The position numbers were made by a program, and so were the translations under genes. The notes beneath the pieces were generated by a model. That model saw only the letters and a list, made by a program, of their open reading frames with translations, ran no database searches and was not told where the DNA came from. This document shows, piece after piece, positions 23,162 to 31,611 of a stretch of 38,186 nucleotides of DNA (its first letter is position 1; every line of letters begins with the position of its first letter). The DNA comes from an uncultured Gammaproteobacteria bacterium (lineage in GTDB: Bacteria > Patescibacteriota > Microgenomatia > UBA1406): assembly GCA_964358525.1 (NCBI GenBank), contig CAYHPU010000002.1, positions 1 to 38,186 on the forward strand, written 5' to 3'.

Positions 23162-23557
23162 ATGAAAACTAAAGAAGATCCTCGTCACCAGCATCGAGTT
23201 GCGCTTTTCCAATTATTATATAGTCAACAATTCTCGAAGCAGAGCGCAGAAGAACATTCGCCCGACATTACCAAGACACTACGGAAAATTGTAAAAAATA
23301 AGGCCGAAATACTATCTCGTATTGACGGCTATGCGCAAAAATTTTCTTCTAACCGCATGTCTAAACTCGACCTCACTATTCTCATTCTCGCTGTGTATGA
23401 ACTTTATTTCGAGAAGAAAGAACCGTATAAGGTAATTGCCGACGAAGCTATTGAAATAGCAAAGGAGTTTGGTTCAACAAATTCACCACAATTTATTAGC
23501 GGAATTATTGGTAAACTAATTTCTGACCAGTCACATGAACAATCTCCAACTACTTGA
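23162..23557 (+). CDS. nusB: Transcription antitermination factor NusB
   Basis: R-rich N-terminus, alpha-helical ~130 aa, ..EAIEIAKEFGS...FISGIIGKL. Confidence 0.8.
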   Translation: MKTKEDPRHQHRVALFQLLYSQQFSKQSAEEHSPDITKTLRKIVKNKAEILSRIDGYAQKFSSNRMSKLDLTILILAVYELYFEKKEPYKVIADEAIEIAKEFGSTNSPQFISGIIGKLISDQSHEQSPTT

Positions 23558-24224
23558 AAAGAAAATTAAAGTATCGTTTAAAAATAAGAAATTACTTTCT
23601 TCTGCACTTACTCATACATCTTTTTTGAATGAAAATAGCGTGGAGTACGAATCGTATGAGCGCCTCGAGTTTTTGGGTGACGCAGTGCTCGAATTTATAG
23701 TGTCTAAACATATATATGAGCACTTTACTGACATACAAGAAGGACGACTTACCGAGATTCGAGCGGCACTTGTGCGAACCGAAACACTTGCAAAATGTGC
23801 GCAGAAATTGCACCTCGGAGAATACCTTTTTCTTTCAAGGGGAGAGGAAGCAAATGGCGGAAGGACGAATATTAATATTCTCGCCGATACGCTTGAGGCG
23901 CTACTCGCCGCTATTTACCTCGAGAAAGGTATTACCGCATCCCAGGCTTTCTTCCATGTTTTCATTCAGGGAGAACTCGACGAAATACTTGAAAAAAGGC
24001 TATATATTGATCCAAAGTCACAATTTCAAGAACATATTCAAAACAAATATAAAGTTACGCCAACCTATAAAATGCTAACTGAGGAGATTACTAAAACAGA
24101 CACTAAGTTTACCATGGGGCTGTACATTCTGGACAGGCTTGTAACAACTGGCGTTGGAAAAAATAAGAAAATAGCGGAGCACAATGCCGCAGTGAATGCA
24201 CTTGGCAAACTCAATGAGTTATGA
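23535..24224 (+). CDS. rnc: Ribonuclease III
   Basis: Catalytic signature ERLEFLGDAVLE and a C-terminal dsRBD (KNKKIAEHNAA). Confidence 0.93.
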   Translation: MNNLQLLEKKIKVSFKNKKLLSSALTHTSFLNENSVEYESYERLEFLGDAVLEFIVSKHIYEHFTDIQEGRLTEIRAALVRTETLAKCAQKLHLGEYLFLSRGEEANGGRTNINILADTLEALLAAIYLEKGITASQAFFHVFIQGELDEILEKRLYIDPKSQFQEHIQNKYKVTPTYKMLTEEITKTDTKFTMGLYILDRLVTTGVGKNKKIAEHNAAVNALGKLNEL

Positions 24225-24239
24225 TAGTATATATTTCCT

Positions 24240-24470
24240 ATGTCAGTAAAAATTAGACTACTCCGTATTGGAAAAAAGAAATTTCCCCAGTATCGTATAG
24301 TTGTAATGGATAGTAAAAAAGCACGTAACTCCCTGTATATTGAGCAGGTCGGGTCGTATAACCCACTACTTTCAGAAAAGCAACTCATTGTTGATCAACC
24401 TGCAATTGATGTTTGGATAAAAAAAGGCGCACAGTTCTCTGACGGATTAAATAGACTACTCAGGAAATAA
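24240..24470 (+). CDS. rpsP: 30S ribosomal protein S16
   Basis: MSVKIRLLRIGKKKFPQYRIVV..GSYNP. Confidence 0.93.
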   Translation: MSVKIRLLRIGKKKFPQYRIVVMDSKKARNSLYIEQVGSYNPLLSEKQLIVDQPAIDVWIKKGAQFSDGLNRLLRK

Positions 24471-25157
24471 TTATTCAAACGGATTCTGCTTACTTTCATA
24501 ATTGGGAGATATGTTCACTACTTTCGGAACAGTTGTATAGCGCTTGACTAGTCCCAATATATCACGGTCTATTTTATCCATGGGCGCCACAATTTCAATA
24601 CTTGCTAAATTAATTTTAGGCTTAAACGCAAACAAAGTGAGTGTTAGGTTACTAATAACTGTTGTTTTACCATTCAGGCTCACTGAATCTATACTCACTG
24701 CTTGACCTGTTATGTATTTATATTGACGTATAAAGTCCAGAAATTGTTGATACGTACCAGAGCCAGTGAGAACAACTTTTTTGTCCGATTGAATCCCCTC
24801 TTTAGTTTCCTGTGTCGATAAAGAATACGACTCAACAGTAAACTTAGTTCTCGATGTAATATTTTCAATGACGTTAATAATGGTATATATGTCAAAGTCG
24901 TCGGGAAGGAACCGCTTGAGAATGTCGCTTGACGCCAAGAAATCTGAGTTTACAGCGCTTGCCGCTTTCGAATCTTGTTCATATTTTGTAATTCTAATGG
25001 CGAGCTCTTGTGTGTCGGTTTGCAAACTTCCTTGTTGGCGAAGTGCCGTTGATATAAGAAATACAATGAAAACAGTGAGGAGGACTCCACCAATAATCAT
25101 TGTCCTGTTTCTATTCCATAAAAATGTAACTAGATAGAGGTACGATGTCTGTTTCAT
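24471..25157 (-). CDS. pilO: Type IV pilus assembly protein PilO-like
   Basis: Single N-terminal TM, coiled segment and ferredoxin-like C-terminus. ATGA overlap with pilN, in the pilM-N-O order. Confidence 0.6.
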   Translation of the reverse strand: MKQTSYLYLVTFLWNRNRTMIIGGVLLTVFIVFLISTALRQQGSLQTDTQELAIRITKYEQDSKAASAVNSDFLASSDILKRFLPDDFDIYTIINVIENITSRTKFTVESYSLSTQETKEGIQSDKKVVLTGSGTYQQFLDFIRQYKYITGQAVSIDSVSLNGKTTVISNLTLTLFAFKPKINLASIEIVAPMDKIDRDILGLVKRYTTVPKVVNISPNYESKQNPFE

Positions 25158-25729
25158 AGTACCGGCTGAAATTGTAATTCGAAATTGGCACTATATACTG
25201 AAACTTGTTTGCCTTTCTGCTTGCTTGATTGCGCAGAAAGGATTATATTAGTTAGCTTTACATTCACAAAACTTTTCCGAACGTCCGGTTTTTCAAGAAG
25301 CTCAATAAAATTGAATAGTTCTTCCCGTTGTTCACTCGATACCGTTAGTTGCGCAAGATTTTTTGCAGTAAGCGTTAAGTCGTCTATTGAAATACTTTTG
25401 AACCGCTGGATAAGCCCTAATAGGTAATCGTACTGTGAAAAGTACTCGGGACCAGATGCATAAATTTTTCGAACCGCCCGTAGCTTTTCATAACCATATA
25501 ATGATTTCGTTGTATTGTGAGGATTAACAACCGTGTCATTAATTTGCTCTGGCAACCTACTCGATAAATCGTTGTACGCACTTTGAAGAAAAAATAGTCG
25601 TAGCAACATAAGAAGATATATAACAAATGTTACGCTAACAGATGAAATTATTACAACGCTCGAAACATATGAAACTTTACGTAAGAACTTGTATTTGGAG
25701 CTGTCTTTTACTAAGTTGACGTGTAACAT
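25154..25729 (-). CDS. pilN: Type IV pilus assembly protein PilN-like
   Basis: MLHVNLV start and a single TM. Position is immediately after pilM. Start trimmed to ATG 25729. Confidence 0.6.
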   Translation of the reverse strand: MLHVNLVKDSSKYKFLRKVSYVSSVVIISSVSVTFVIYLLMLLRLFFLQSAYNDLSSRLPEQINDTVVNPHNTTKSLYGYEKLRAVRKIYASGPEYFSQYDYLLGLIQRFKSISIDDLTLTAKNLAQLTVSSEQREELFNFIELLEKPDVRKSFVNVKLTNIILSAQSSKQKGKQVSVYSANFELQFQPVL

Positions 25730-25736
25730 AGAAAAA

Positions 25737-26726
25737 CTAAACTGCAGCCGCAACTCCCGGCATAAATTCATCTATCTGATTCTCTTTGGTTGAAAGAGTA
25801 AATGGCAAGATGTCAATTCCCGCCCCTGCATTAGATTGCTTAAGAAGGCTTATAAATGTGTACATTGAGTCGCCATACACATACATTACTTTCGGAACAA
25901 TACCTATTCTCTCTGTCGAGGCCAGTAATATTTTTTGAATTTCTTTGCTGTATTCACCAAAAAGTGGGACAATTACTTTCTTTGCAATATCTGAATCAAC
26001 ATTCAGTTTGCGTAACTCCTTTACTGCATCAACATAGGGTAAATTAAGATTATTTTGTATTGCTTTATGGAAAAAGGACATTCCCATATTAAAGTTATGC
26101 ACCATAATAAGTTGCTTCGTTTTCACCTCAAGAATAAATGACTGCGTGGAACTGTCTGAAACGGATAATAGAAGCACCAGCGGAGAAGGAACAGGAAATA
26201 GCCCACTCGTTAGTAAGCGCACGAACGCAGTAGACATAGGCTCAAGAGACTTTGGATACAGGCCAACATCTAGAACAAAATCGGAAATACGGTCTACTAT
26301 TTCCTGTAGCATTGCCACAACAAAGATAGCTGACTGATGATCTTTTTCATTTACTGAAAGTACTTGATAGTCGAGTGCCGATTGAGAAACAGGATAGGGA
26401 ATAAACTCTTCGGCTTGAAGTTCTACTGCAGAAAGAACTTCTTTCTCTGAAACAATTGGCATAGAAAGAATTTGCATAGAGCTTTCTTCGTCCGGAATTA
26501 CAATAAAAACCTCTTGCTCAAGCAACTTATTTTTTCGGCAATAGTCCTTTAAATTTAAAATACTTGATTCCAGTTTCTTTACCGATTCAGCGGTTATTTC
26601 TGCATAGAAATCCGGTATTTCTAGTGGAACAGAAAAACTGGTCTTAATGTTAATTTTACCGATAGCGTCAATAGATACAATGCGAATTTCATTTCGTCCA
26701 ATAAACACACCAATTTTCTGGCTCAT
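25737..26726 (-). CDS. pilM: Type IV pilus assembly ATPase-like protein PilM (actin fold)
   Basis: ~330 aa, N-terminal IGVFIGRNEIRIV. Lies first in the pilMNO set. Confidence 0.7.
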   Translation of the reverse strand: MSQKIGVFIGRNEIRIVSIDAIGKINIKTSFSVPLEIPDFYAEITAESVKKLESSILNLKDYCRKNKLLEQEVFIVIPDEESSMQILSMPIVSEKEVLSAVELQAEEFIPYPVSQSALDYQVLSVNEKDHQSAIFVVAMLQEIVDRISDFVLDVGLYPKSLEPMSTAFVRLLTSGLFPVPSPLVLLLSVSDSSTQSFILEVKTKQLIMVHNFNMGMSFFHKAIQNNLNLPYVDAVKELRKLNVDSDIAKKVIVPLFGEYSKEIQKILLASTERIGIVPKVMYVYGDSMYTFISLLKQSNAGAGIDILPFTLSTKENQIDEFMPGVAAAV

Positions 26727-26809
26727 GTTTACAGTATATACATTTTTTGGTTAGGGTAAAGGTAAAGCAGTTGGCCGACTGCCTTGCCTTCACCCTCGCA
26801 CAAAGACTA

Positions 26810-27340
26810 TCACTTGTGTAGGTTTACATAAAACTGGTAGCTCATTTTTTGAGGTACCAGATAGTCTACTTTTGGAACACTTTGAATATCATAAACGAAC
26901 TGCACCGTATTTGAATCTATTTTTGAAAATACAGCAGGTGGGGTTTCGGGAATGACCATTGGAAAACTTGATGTGGTATCTACCAAATATACAGGATCAA
27001 CAAGTACAGCACTATACGACGCCAGTCGTGGAGTAGCTTCGGACGTTATAAAATAACCAAACAGGTATCCAGCTCCGTCTTTAAAACAGATTTTTGTCGT
27101 AGTCGCGGGAAGTGACGCACCCGAACAGTCGGATATTATTTCTACCGCATTATTTCGTATGGTGTTTGTTATTATACGCCTGCTGAAGTCGCCCCCCTCC
27201 TTTACTTTCTGTAGGTTAATAAGCTGAATTTGTTGTCTAAAAAGTCCATACACAATTGCAAAAAAAGCAGGGAGAAGAAGTCCCAATATTGAGACGACAA
27301 TGAGCATTTCAACGAGAGTGAAACCCTTTTTTTTTGCCAT
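26810..27340 (-). CDS. Minor pilin with a prepilin-type N-terminal cleavage/methylation domain
   Basis: MAKKKG|FTLVEMLIVVSILG. Confidence 0.8.
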   Translation of the reverse strand: MAKKKGFTLVEMLIVVSILGLLLPAFFAIVYGLFRQQIQLINLQKVKEGGDFSRRIITNTIRNNAVEIISDCSGASLPATTTKICFKDGAGYLFGYFITSEATPRLASYSAVLVDPVYLVDTTSSFPMVIPETPPAVFSKIDSNTVQFVYDIQSVPKVDYLVPQKMSYQFYVNLHK

Positions 27341-27341
27341 A

Positions 27342-27821
27342 TTAGTTGTTGGTTGTACGAAGTTCTATAGTACTTGAACGGGCAAGATCAAATAGCTTCC
27401 AGCCGGTAACAACCACCGCGTCCAGTTGCTCAAATGAACCGTCCGGTACCGTAATTGTTTCACTTTTGAGTGTTATTTGCCGTTTGTAGAAGTTCTTTAG
27501 TGTATAACCAGAACAGGCACCTTCTGCAGGCCACGTTGTTATAGACGTTTCGTTAAAACAGTAGACTTTCCCTTGTGCACTGGCAAGATTATATACAGCA
27601 GTAAAACCATCCTTGTCACGCTGATAACGAAACCACTCCAAAAGTTCTTCACCAAAATGTGTAGCAATAACCTTGTACTGCGACTGTTTAATGTTGATGG
27701 TTGCATAATTAATTACTCCAAGCATAACGATGAAAACCATAGAAGTTACCGAAACAAATATAAGCATCTCTATCATCGTAAAACCGTGTGGTGTATTAGG
27801 GACAGCTTGCTTGGTTTCCAT
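27342..27821 (-). CDS. Minor pilin with a prepilin-type N-terminal domain
   Basis: ..NTPHG|FTMIEMLIFVSV. Confidence 0.75.
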   Translation of the reverse strand: METKQAVPNTPHGFTMIEMLIFVSVTSMVFIVMLGVINYATINIKQSQYKVIATHFGEELLEWFRYQRDKDGFTAVYNLASAQGKVYCFNETSITTWPAEGACSGYTLKNFYKRQITLKSETITVPDGSFEQLDAVVVTGWKLFDLARSSTIELRTTNN

Positions 27822-28296
27822 ACATATCTATCTTACCAAGGCTGGAAATAGTTATTTTATATTTTGTTGAAAGAGAGTCATGGCTCACACAAATTGTATG
27901 ACTGGCGCTATCTGACGTTTCACCTTTAAGGCCTTTAAAGTAAAAGGAAATGCTCGGAGTTAAGGTAATGTATTTATATTTACTAACGAGTACTGATTTA
28001 ATAGTAAAATTTGTCGGGCAGTAATAATCGAGGTCAATACTCTTTCCGTCGCCCGCTGTGGCAATACCGGAACCGAGAAAAGAAGTATTAGGAGTACATG
28101 CATCCGGAATTTCATTGGTGAGTGATTGTTGCCGCGCAAGTTCAATAGTTGCAACTACCTCTTGTGCCGCTGACTTAAGCGTTTCATTTTGCTGTTGCTT
28201 AATATAATTGGCGAAAACTGCGCCCATAAGTAGTGACATAATAGTAATAACCACCAAGAGCTCAACGAGGGTATAACCTTTATTATTCAACACCAA
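27796..28296 (-). CDS. Minor pilin (GspH/FimT-like) with a prepilin-type N-terminal domain
   Basis: MVLNNKG|YTLVELLVVITIMSLL. Confidence 0.75.
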   Translation of the reverse strand: MVLNNKGYTLVELLVVITIMSLLMGAVFANYIKQQQNETLKSAAQEVVATIELARQQSLTNEIPDACTPNTSFLGSGIATAGDGKSIDLDYYCPTNFTIKSVLVSKYKYITLTPSISFYFKGLKGETSDSASHTICVSHDSLSTKYKITISSLGKIDMYGNQASCP

Positions 28297-28702
28297 GGGG
28301 AGTTAACTTATAGCTACACGTAATACCTGTTCCACAATCTCCGCACCCAGTTTTCGAAGACGTATTCCCCTCAAGACCGGCACACATTGAGTAGCTGGTT
28401 ACGGGACTTCCTGTTGGAGAATAGGAATATAGCCTCTCTGAGCTCTGCGGGTCTGCGGGTGTTGTTAAAATATATGTTGGTGCAATAGTCAATAAATTCA
28501 CAGGATAATAGTCGTTGTCTGAGCGATAGAGCTCGAGTGCTGACCGTACATTCTCTAGATCTGTTTTACGACGAGCGTCGCGAGATTGACGAGAGAAACT
28601 GGCATACGAAACAAAACCAATACTTGCAAGTAACGATATTATCGTTGCAACAACTAGTACTTCAATTAATGTAAAACCGTTTTTATTAGTTCTATTTCGC
28701 AT
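28283..28702 (-). CDS. GspG/PulG-like pilin, paralog 1
   Basis: ..NKNG|FTLIEVLVV..SRDARRKTDLENVRSALELY. Confidence 0.85.
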   Translation of the reverse strand: MRNRTNKNGFTLIEVLVVATIISLLASIGFVSYASFSRQSRDARRKTDLENVRSALELYRSDNDYYPVNLLTIAPTYILTTPADPQSSERLYSYSPTGSPVTSYSMCAGLEGNTSSKTGCGDCGTGITCSYKLTPLGVE

Positions 28703-28715
28703 ATTACTTTGTTAT

Positions 28716-28793
28716 CTTCGGGTTGAGCCCCGCATCGCGGGACGAAGTCCCGGAGATCTAATTCCCCTGGATTCCCGCCTTCGCGGGAATGAC
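28716..28793 (+). repeat. Two adjacent GC-rich palindromic elements in the only sizeable gap of the pilin array
   Basis: CTTCG..CCCGC-ATC-GCGGG..CGAAG at 28716-28747, and GGATTCCCGCCTTCGCGGGAATGAC at 28769-28793. Confidence 0.65.
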
Positions 28794-28797
28794 AGAG

Positions 28798-29244
28798 TTA
28801 CTGTTGGTTTGTAACACAATTAGTTGGCTCTACTTCCGTAGTGTTACACAGGGTGAACCCAATCGAATTGCAGCTTGTGCCAGTTAAACAGGGATAGGGA
28901 GATATATTCAACGGATCAAAAGGAATCTTCTCGGTGGGCAAAATCATTAGGCTCGGAGACGCACAAAAGATTGGTTGTGTACCAAGGCCTGTTGGGTATT
29001 TATACCCACAAACAGAATAGTACTGCTCCGCCGCTTGCTGAATTGCCTTAAGATCGGTCCTTCGTCGCGCATCGCGCGACTTGCGTTGTGCATTTGAATA
29101 ACTACTTACTGCAACGGCCAGTAGAATGCCAATAATACTGATTACGACAAGTATCTCAAGTAATGAAAACCCGTTTTGGAAATTAGAATTTTGGAATTTA
29201 TTTGGATTTTGGAATTTGGATTTTGGAATTTCTTTTTGTTTCAT
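28798..29244 (-). CDS. GspG/PulG-like pilin, paralog 2, with a 25-aa repeat-containing leader
   Basis: MKQKEIPKSKFQNPNKFQNSNFQNG|FSLLEILVV..SRDARRRTDL. The ATG overlaps the upstream stop (ATGA). Confidence 0.85.
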   Translation of the reverse strand: MKQKEIPKSKFQNPNKFQNSNFQNGFSLLEILVVISIIGILLAVAVSSYSNAQRKSRDARRRTDLKAIQQAAEQYYSVCGYKYPTGLGTQPIFCASPSLMILPTEKIPFDPLNISPYPCLTGTSCNSIGFTLCNTTEVEPTNCVTNQQ

Positions 29245-29720
29245 GGGTTTGTTCTATAATACCACAAATTGGGAGTGGGACAATTTGACCAACTAACCCC
29301 TGCTGGTAGTGAGGTTTTTCCTTCTGCGTCCGATGAATTTTCTAAACACCCACCAATATAATAGTTTGTAAAATCGCCAGAAGTGGGATAGGCAATTCGA
29401 TAGAAATATACTGTTGGGTTAACGCCGTATAGTGGGTCTTTCGGTGACTGCTTCATATATACTACTCCGCTCGTTGGATCGGTAATTGGTTGCCCGGGAG
29501 CTGGCAAGCCAGACGTAGGATAATACGGCCGTAGCTGATTAATTTTGTAAAGCTCAAGACTTTCTGCCACTGCTTTGAGATCTGCTTTGCGGCGATCGTC
29601 TCGAGATTTTTTTCGGACATCTAGTAAATTAGGAAGGAGAACACCAATAAGTAACGACATAATAGCGATAACTACTAAAATTTCAATTAACGTTAATCCT
29701 TTTTCTCTATGGTGTAACAT
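29241..29720 (-). CDS. GspG/PulG-like pilin, paralog 3
   Basis: Start trimmed to MLHHREKG|LTLIEILVV..SRDDRRKADL. The longer ORF would overlap the upstream pilin. Confidence 0.8.
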   Translation of the reverse strand: MLHHREKGLTLIEILVVIAIMSLLIGVLLPNLLDVRKKSRDDRRKADLKAVAESLELYKINQLRPYYPTSGLPAPGQPITDPTSGVVYMKQSPKDPLYGVNPTVYFYRIAYPTSGDFTNYYIGGCLENSSDAEGKTSLPAGVSWSNCPTPNLWYYRTNP

Positions 29721-30219
29721 TGGTGCTTGCAGTTCCATAATAACATGTATTTGTACACCCCGTGCCACAATTTGGAGCGAGTGTAGGAGTAATTTTTCCA
29801 TAGTCGAAATCCTCGGAATTTTCAAGACAGGTATACATTCGATACGCTGTCCCATCGGACTGATACACAAAATTATATCCGGAAGAAACTTTCGGATCCT
29901 GCGGCAACTTTTTCATATATACTTTTATACCAGCAGAATTTGTAAACGAACTTCCCCATGGAAACCCACCCGTTATAGCGGGGTTAGAAGTTGGATAGGC
30001 CTCGCTGTCTGTATAGTATATTTCAAGGGCATTTTTTACTTCCTCAACACTTTGTTTTCGTTTGTGATCTGCTCCTTTCATAAGAGATTTTCCAAATGTA
30101 CTAAACAGTAAAACTGCCAAAATACCGAGGATACTTATCACCGTTAACACTTCGAGGAGTGTAAATCCGCTCATCGTTTCGTATTTCGTATTTCGTATTT
30201 CGGATTTAATATATCTCAT
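29707..30219 (-). CDS. GspG/PulG-like pilin, paralog 4 (alternative start at 30174 gives the leader MSG|FTLLEV)
   Basis: ..YETMSG|FTLLEVLTVISILG. The region between the two candidate starts is a TTTCGTA heptamer repeat. Confidence 0.8.
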   Translation of the reverse strand: MRYIKSEIRNTKYETMSGFTLLEVLTVISILGILAVLLFSTFGKSLMKGADHKRKQSVEEVKNALEIYYTDSEAYPTSNPAITGGFPWGSSFTNSAGIKVYMKKLPQDPKVSSGYNFVYQSDGTAYRMYTCLENSEDFDYGKITPTLAPNCGTGCTNTCYYGTASTNVTP

Positions 30220-30223
30220 GTTA

Positions 30224-30901
30224 TTATTTGCATTTTAATAAACACCACTCGGGGTTGCAAAAATATTCCTCCGTGTGGCCTGGCTCGCAATTTCCACTCG
30301 GGCATATGCGACACGGGTTTACCACGTTTAAGTAACAAGCCCAATAGCTCGCCGGCGCGCACGCCGGTAAACTATACCCGTCTGGCGTAACAATAAAATC
30401 ATACACGTTATCTGAATAAGATTCACCAGGACGTGATTCATCGAGGAAGTAACTACACCCCGTTGAACACCCCACGTCTGCAATATTGGGATCGGCATCG
30501 GTTAAAATAAAACTCTTATTGAGCGTTGTGTAAATTACAAACGCTTGCCCACCCTCTACTACAAAATATACATAATCCTCCACCGGGCTCCGTGGATGAC
30601 AAGGAACTCTGTCTACATAGGGTCGCAACGGATTATCTGTTTTTTTGTCCCCGCAGAGTTTACCCGCCACAATAGTGTCATTCATATATTCATACGTCAT
30701 AGAGGCAACGGTAGGATATGCTCGGTGATCTGATACGTACTGCTCGAGAGCCTTCTTGAGTGCTATGAGGTCTGTTTTTCGTCGCGTATCTTCTGCACGT
30801 TTTGTTTGGCTGAAAAAATTAGTCCCCAGAATAATTCCTATAATGATCGAAACGACACCAACCATTACGAGAAGTTCTCCAAGTGTAGATCCCCGTTTCA
30901 T
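30224..30901 (-). CDS. GspG/PulG-like pilin, paralog 5, with a Cys-rich C-terminal domain
   Basis: MKRG|STLGELLVMVG..AEDTRRKTDL. The C-terminus carries many Cys (..CRICPSGNCEPGHTEEYFCNPEWCLLKCK). The start abuts the pilD stop. Confidence 0.78.
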   Translation of the reverse strand: MKRGSTLGELLVMVGVVSIIIGIILGTNFFSQTKRAEDTRRKTDLIALKKALEQYVSDHRAYPTVASMTYEYMNDTIVAGKLCGDKKTDNPLRPYVDRVPCHPRSPVEDYVYFVVEGGQAFVIYTTLNKSFILTDADPNIADVGCSTGCSYFLDESRPGESYSDNVYDFIVTPDGYSLPACAPASYWACYLNVVNPCRICPSGNCEPGHTEEYFCNPEWCLLKCK

Positions 30902-31611
30902 GTTTTTAAATAGTATATAAGTACACAAACCAAACCTAGTACCATAAATGGACCAAAAGGTATTGCGGACTTCAGCGATTTTTTACGCATCACTATCAGT
31001 ATGACAGAAATTAAACCACCGGTCAAAAAGGCAATGTATAATGCAGAAAATGCGTACGCAAAGGGTAAAATAGCCCCAATACCAAACGCGAGCTTGACGT
31101 CTCCCATTCCCATTCCTTTCCCCCCTGTCACATAATAGGGAACCCACATAATAAATGTAGTAAGCACAGCGCTCCCAATGAGTTGCGGTATATGTGCCGA
31201 GTTAAGTAACAACCCTGCAATAATAAGCAAAAAAACAAGTTCGTCTGGAATAATATGCTCCTTACTATCTATCAATAGTATGGGAAGCGATATTGTCAAT
31301 ACCACATAAACAAAGAGAAGCTGGGGAAGGTTAACAATAGTAAAAAGTAAATATAAAATAGTAAATAGAAATCCTATACACAATTCATACGATAGATGAG
31401 AAATAGGAATTTTAGCTTTACAAAATGAGCACCGGCCACTAAGAAGTAGAAATGATACCACTGGAATTAGATGCATTGGTCTGAGCGTTTTTTTACACTT
31501 CACGCAGTGTGAACGACCCAAAATTGTCTCTCCCTGAGGAAGGCGGTCGGCAACCAATTGAGTAAATGATGCAACAGCCCCTCCTAAAAAAAACAATAAT
31601 AATTCGATCAT
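30898..31611 (-). CDS. pilD: Prepilin peptidase (A24 family)
   Basis: N-terminal CxxC..CxxC (CVKCKK..CSFCKAKI), multiple TM segments, GMGMGDVKL aspartyl-protease motif. Confidence 0.9.
   Translation of the reverse strand: MIELLLFFLGGAVASFTQLVADRLPQGETILGRSHCVKCKKTLRPMHLIPVVSFLLLSGRCSFCKAKIPISHLSYELCIGFLFTILYLLFTIVNLPQLLFVYVVLTISLPILLIDSKEHIIPDELVFLLIIAGLLLNSAHIPQLIGSAVLTTFIMWVPYYVTGGKGMGMGDVKLAFGIGAILPFAYAFSALYIAFLTGGLISVILIVMRKKSLKSAIPFGPFMVLGLVCVLIYYLKT

Noticed and set aside
24468-24473. rpsP and pilO converge with stop codons directly abutting (TAATTA) and no intervening terminator.
   Set aside because: This is real in the sequence but probably just genome compaction. No structure or motif suggests a specific regulatory role.
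5270-28793. The dispersed GC-rich repeats might represent a CRISPR array or its remnants.
   Set aside because: The copies are kilobases apart, not regularly spaced, and of different lengths. No cas genes are present.
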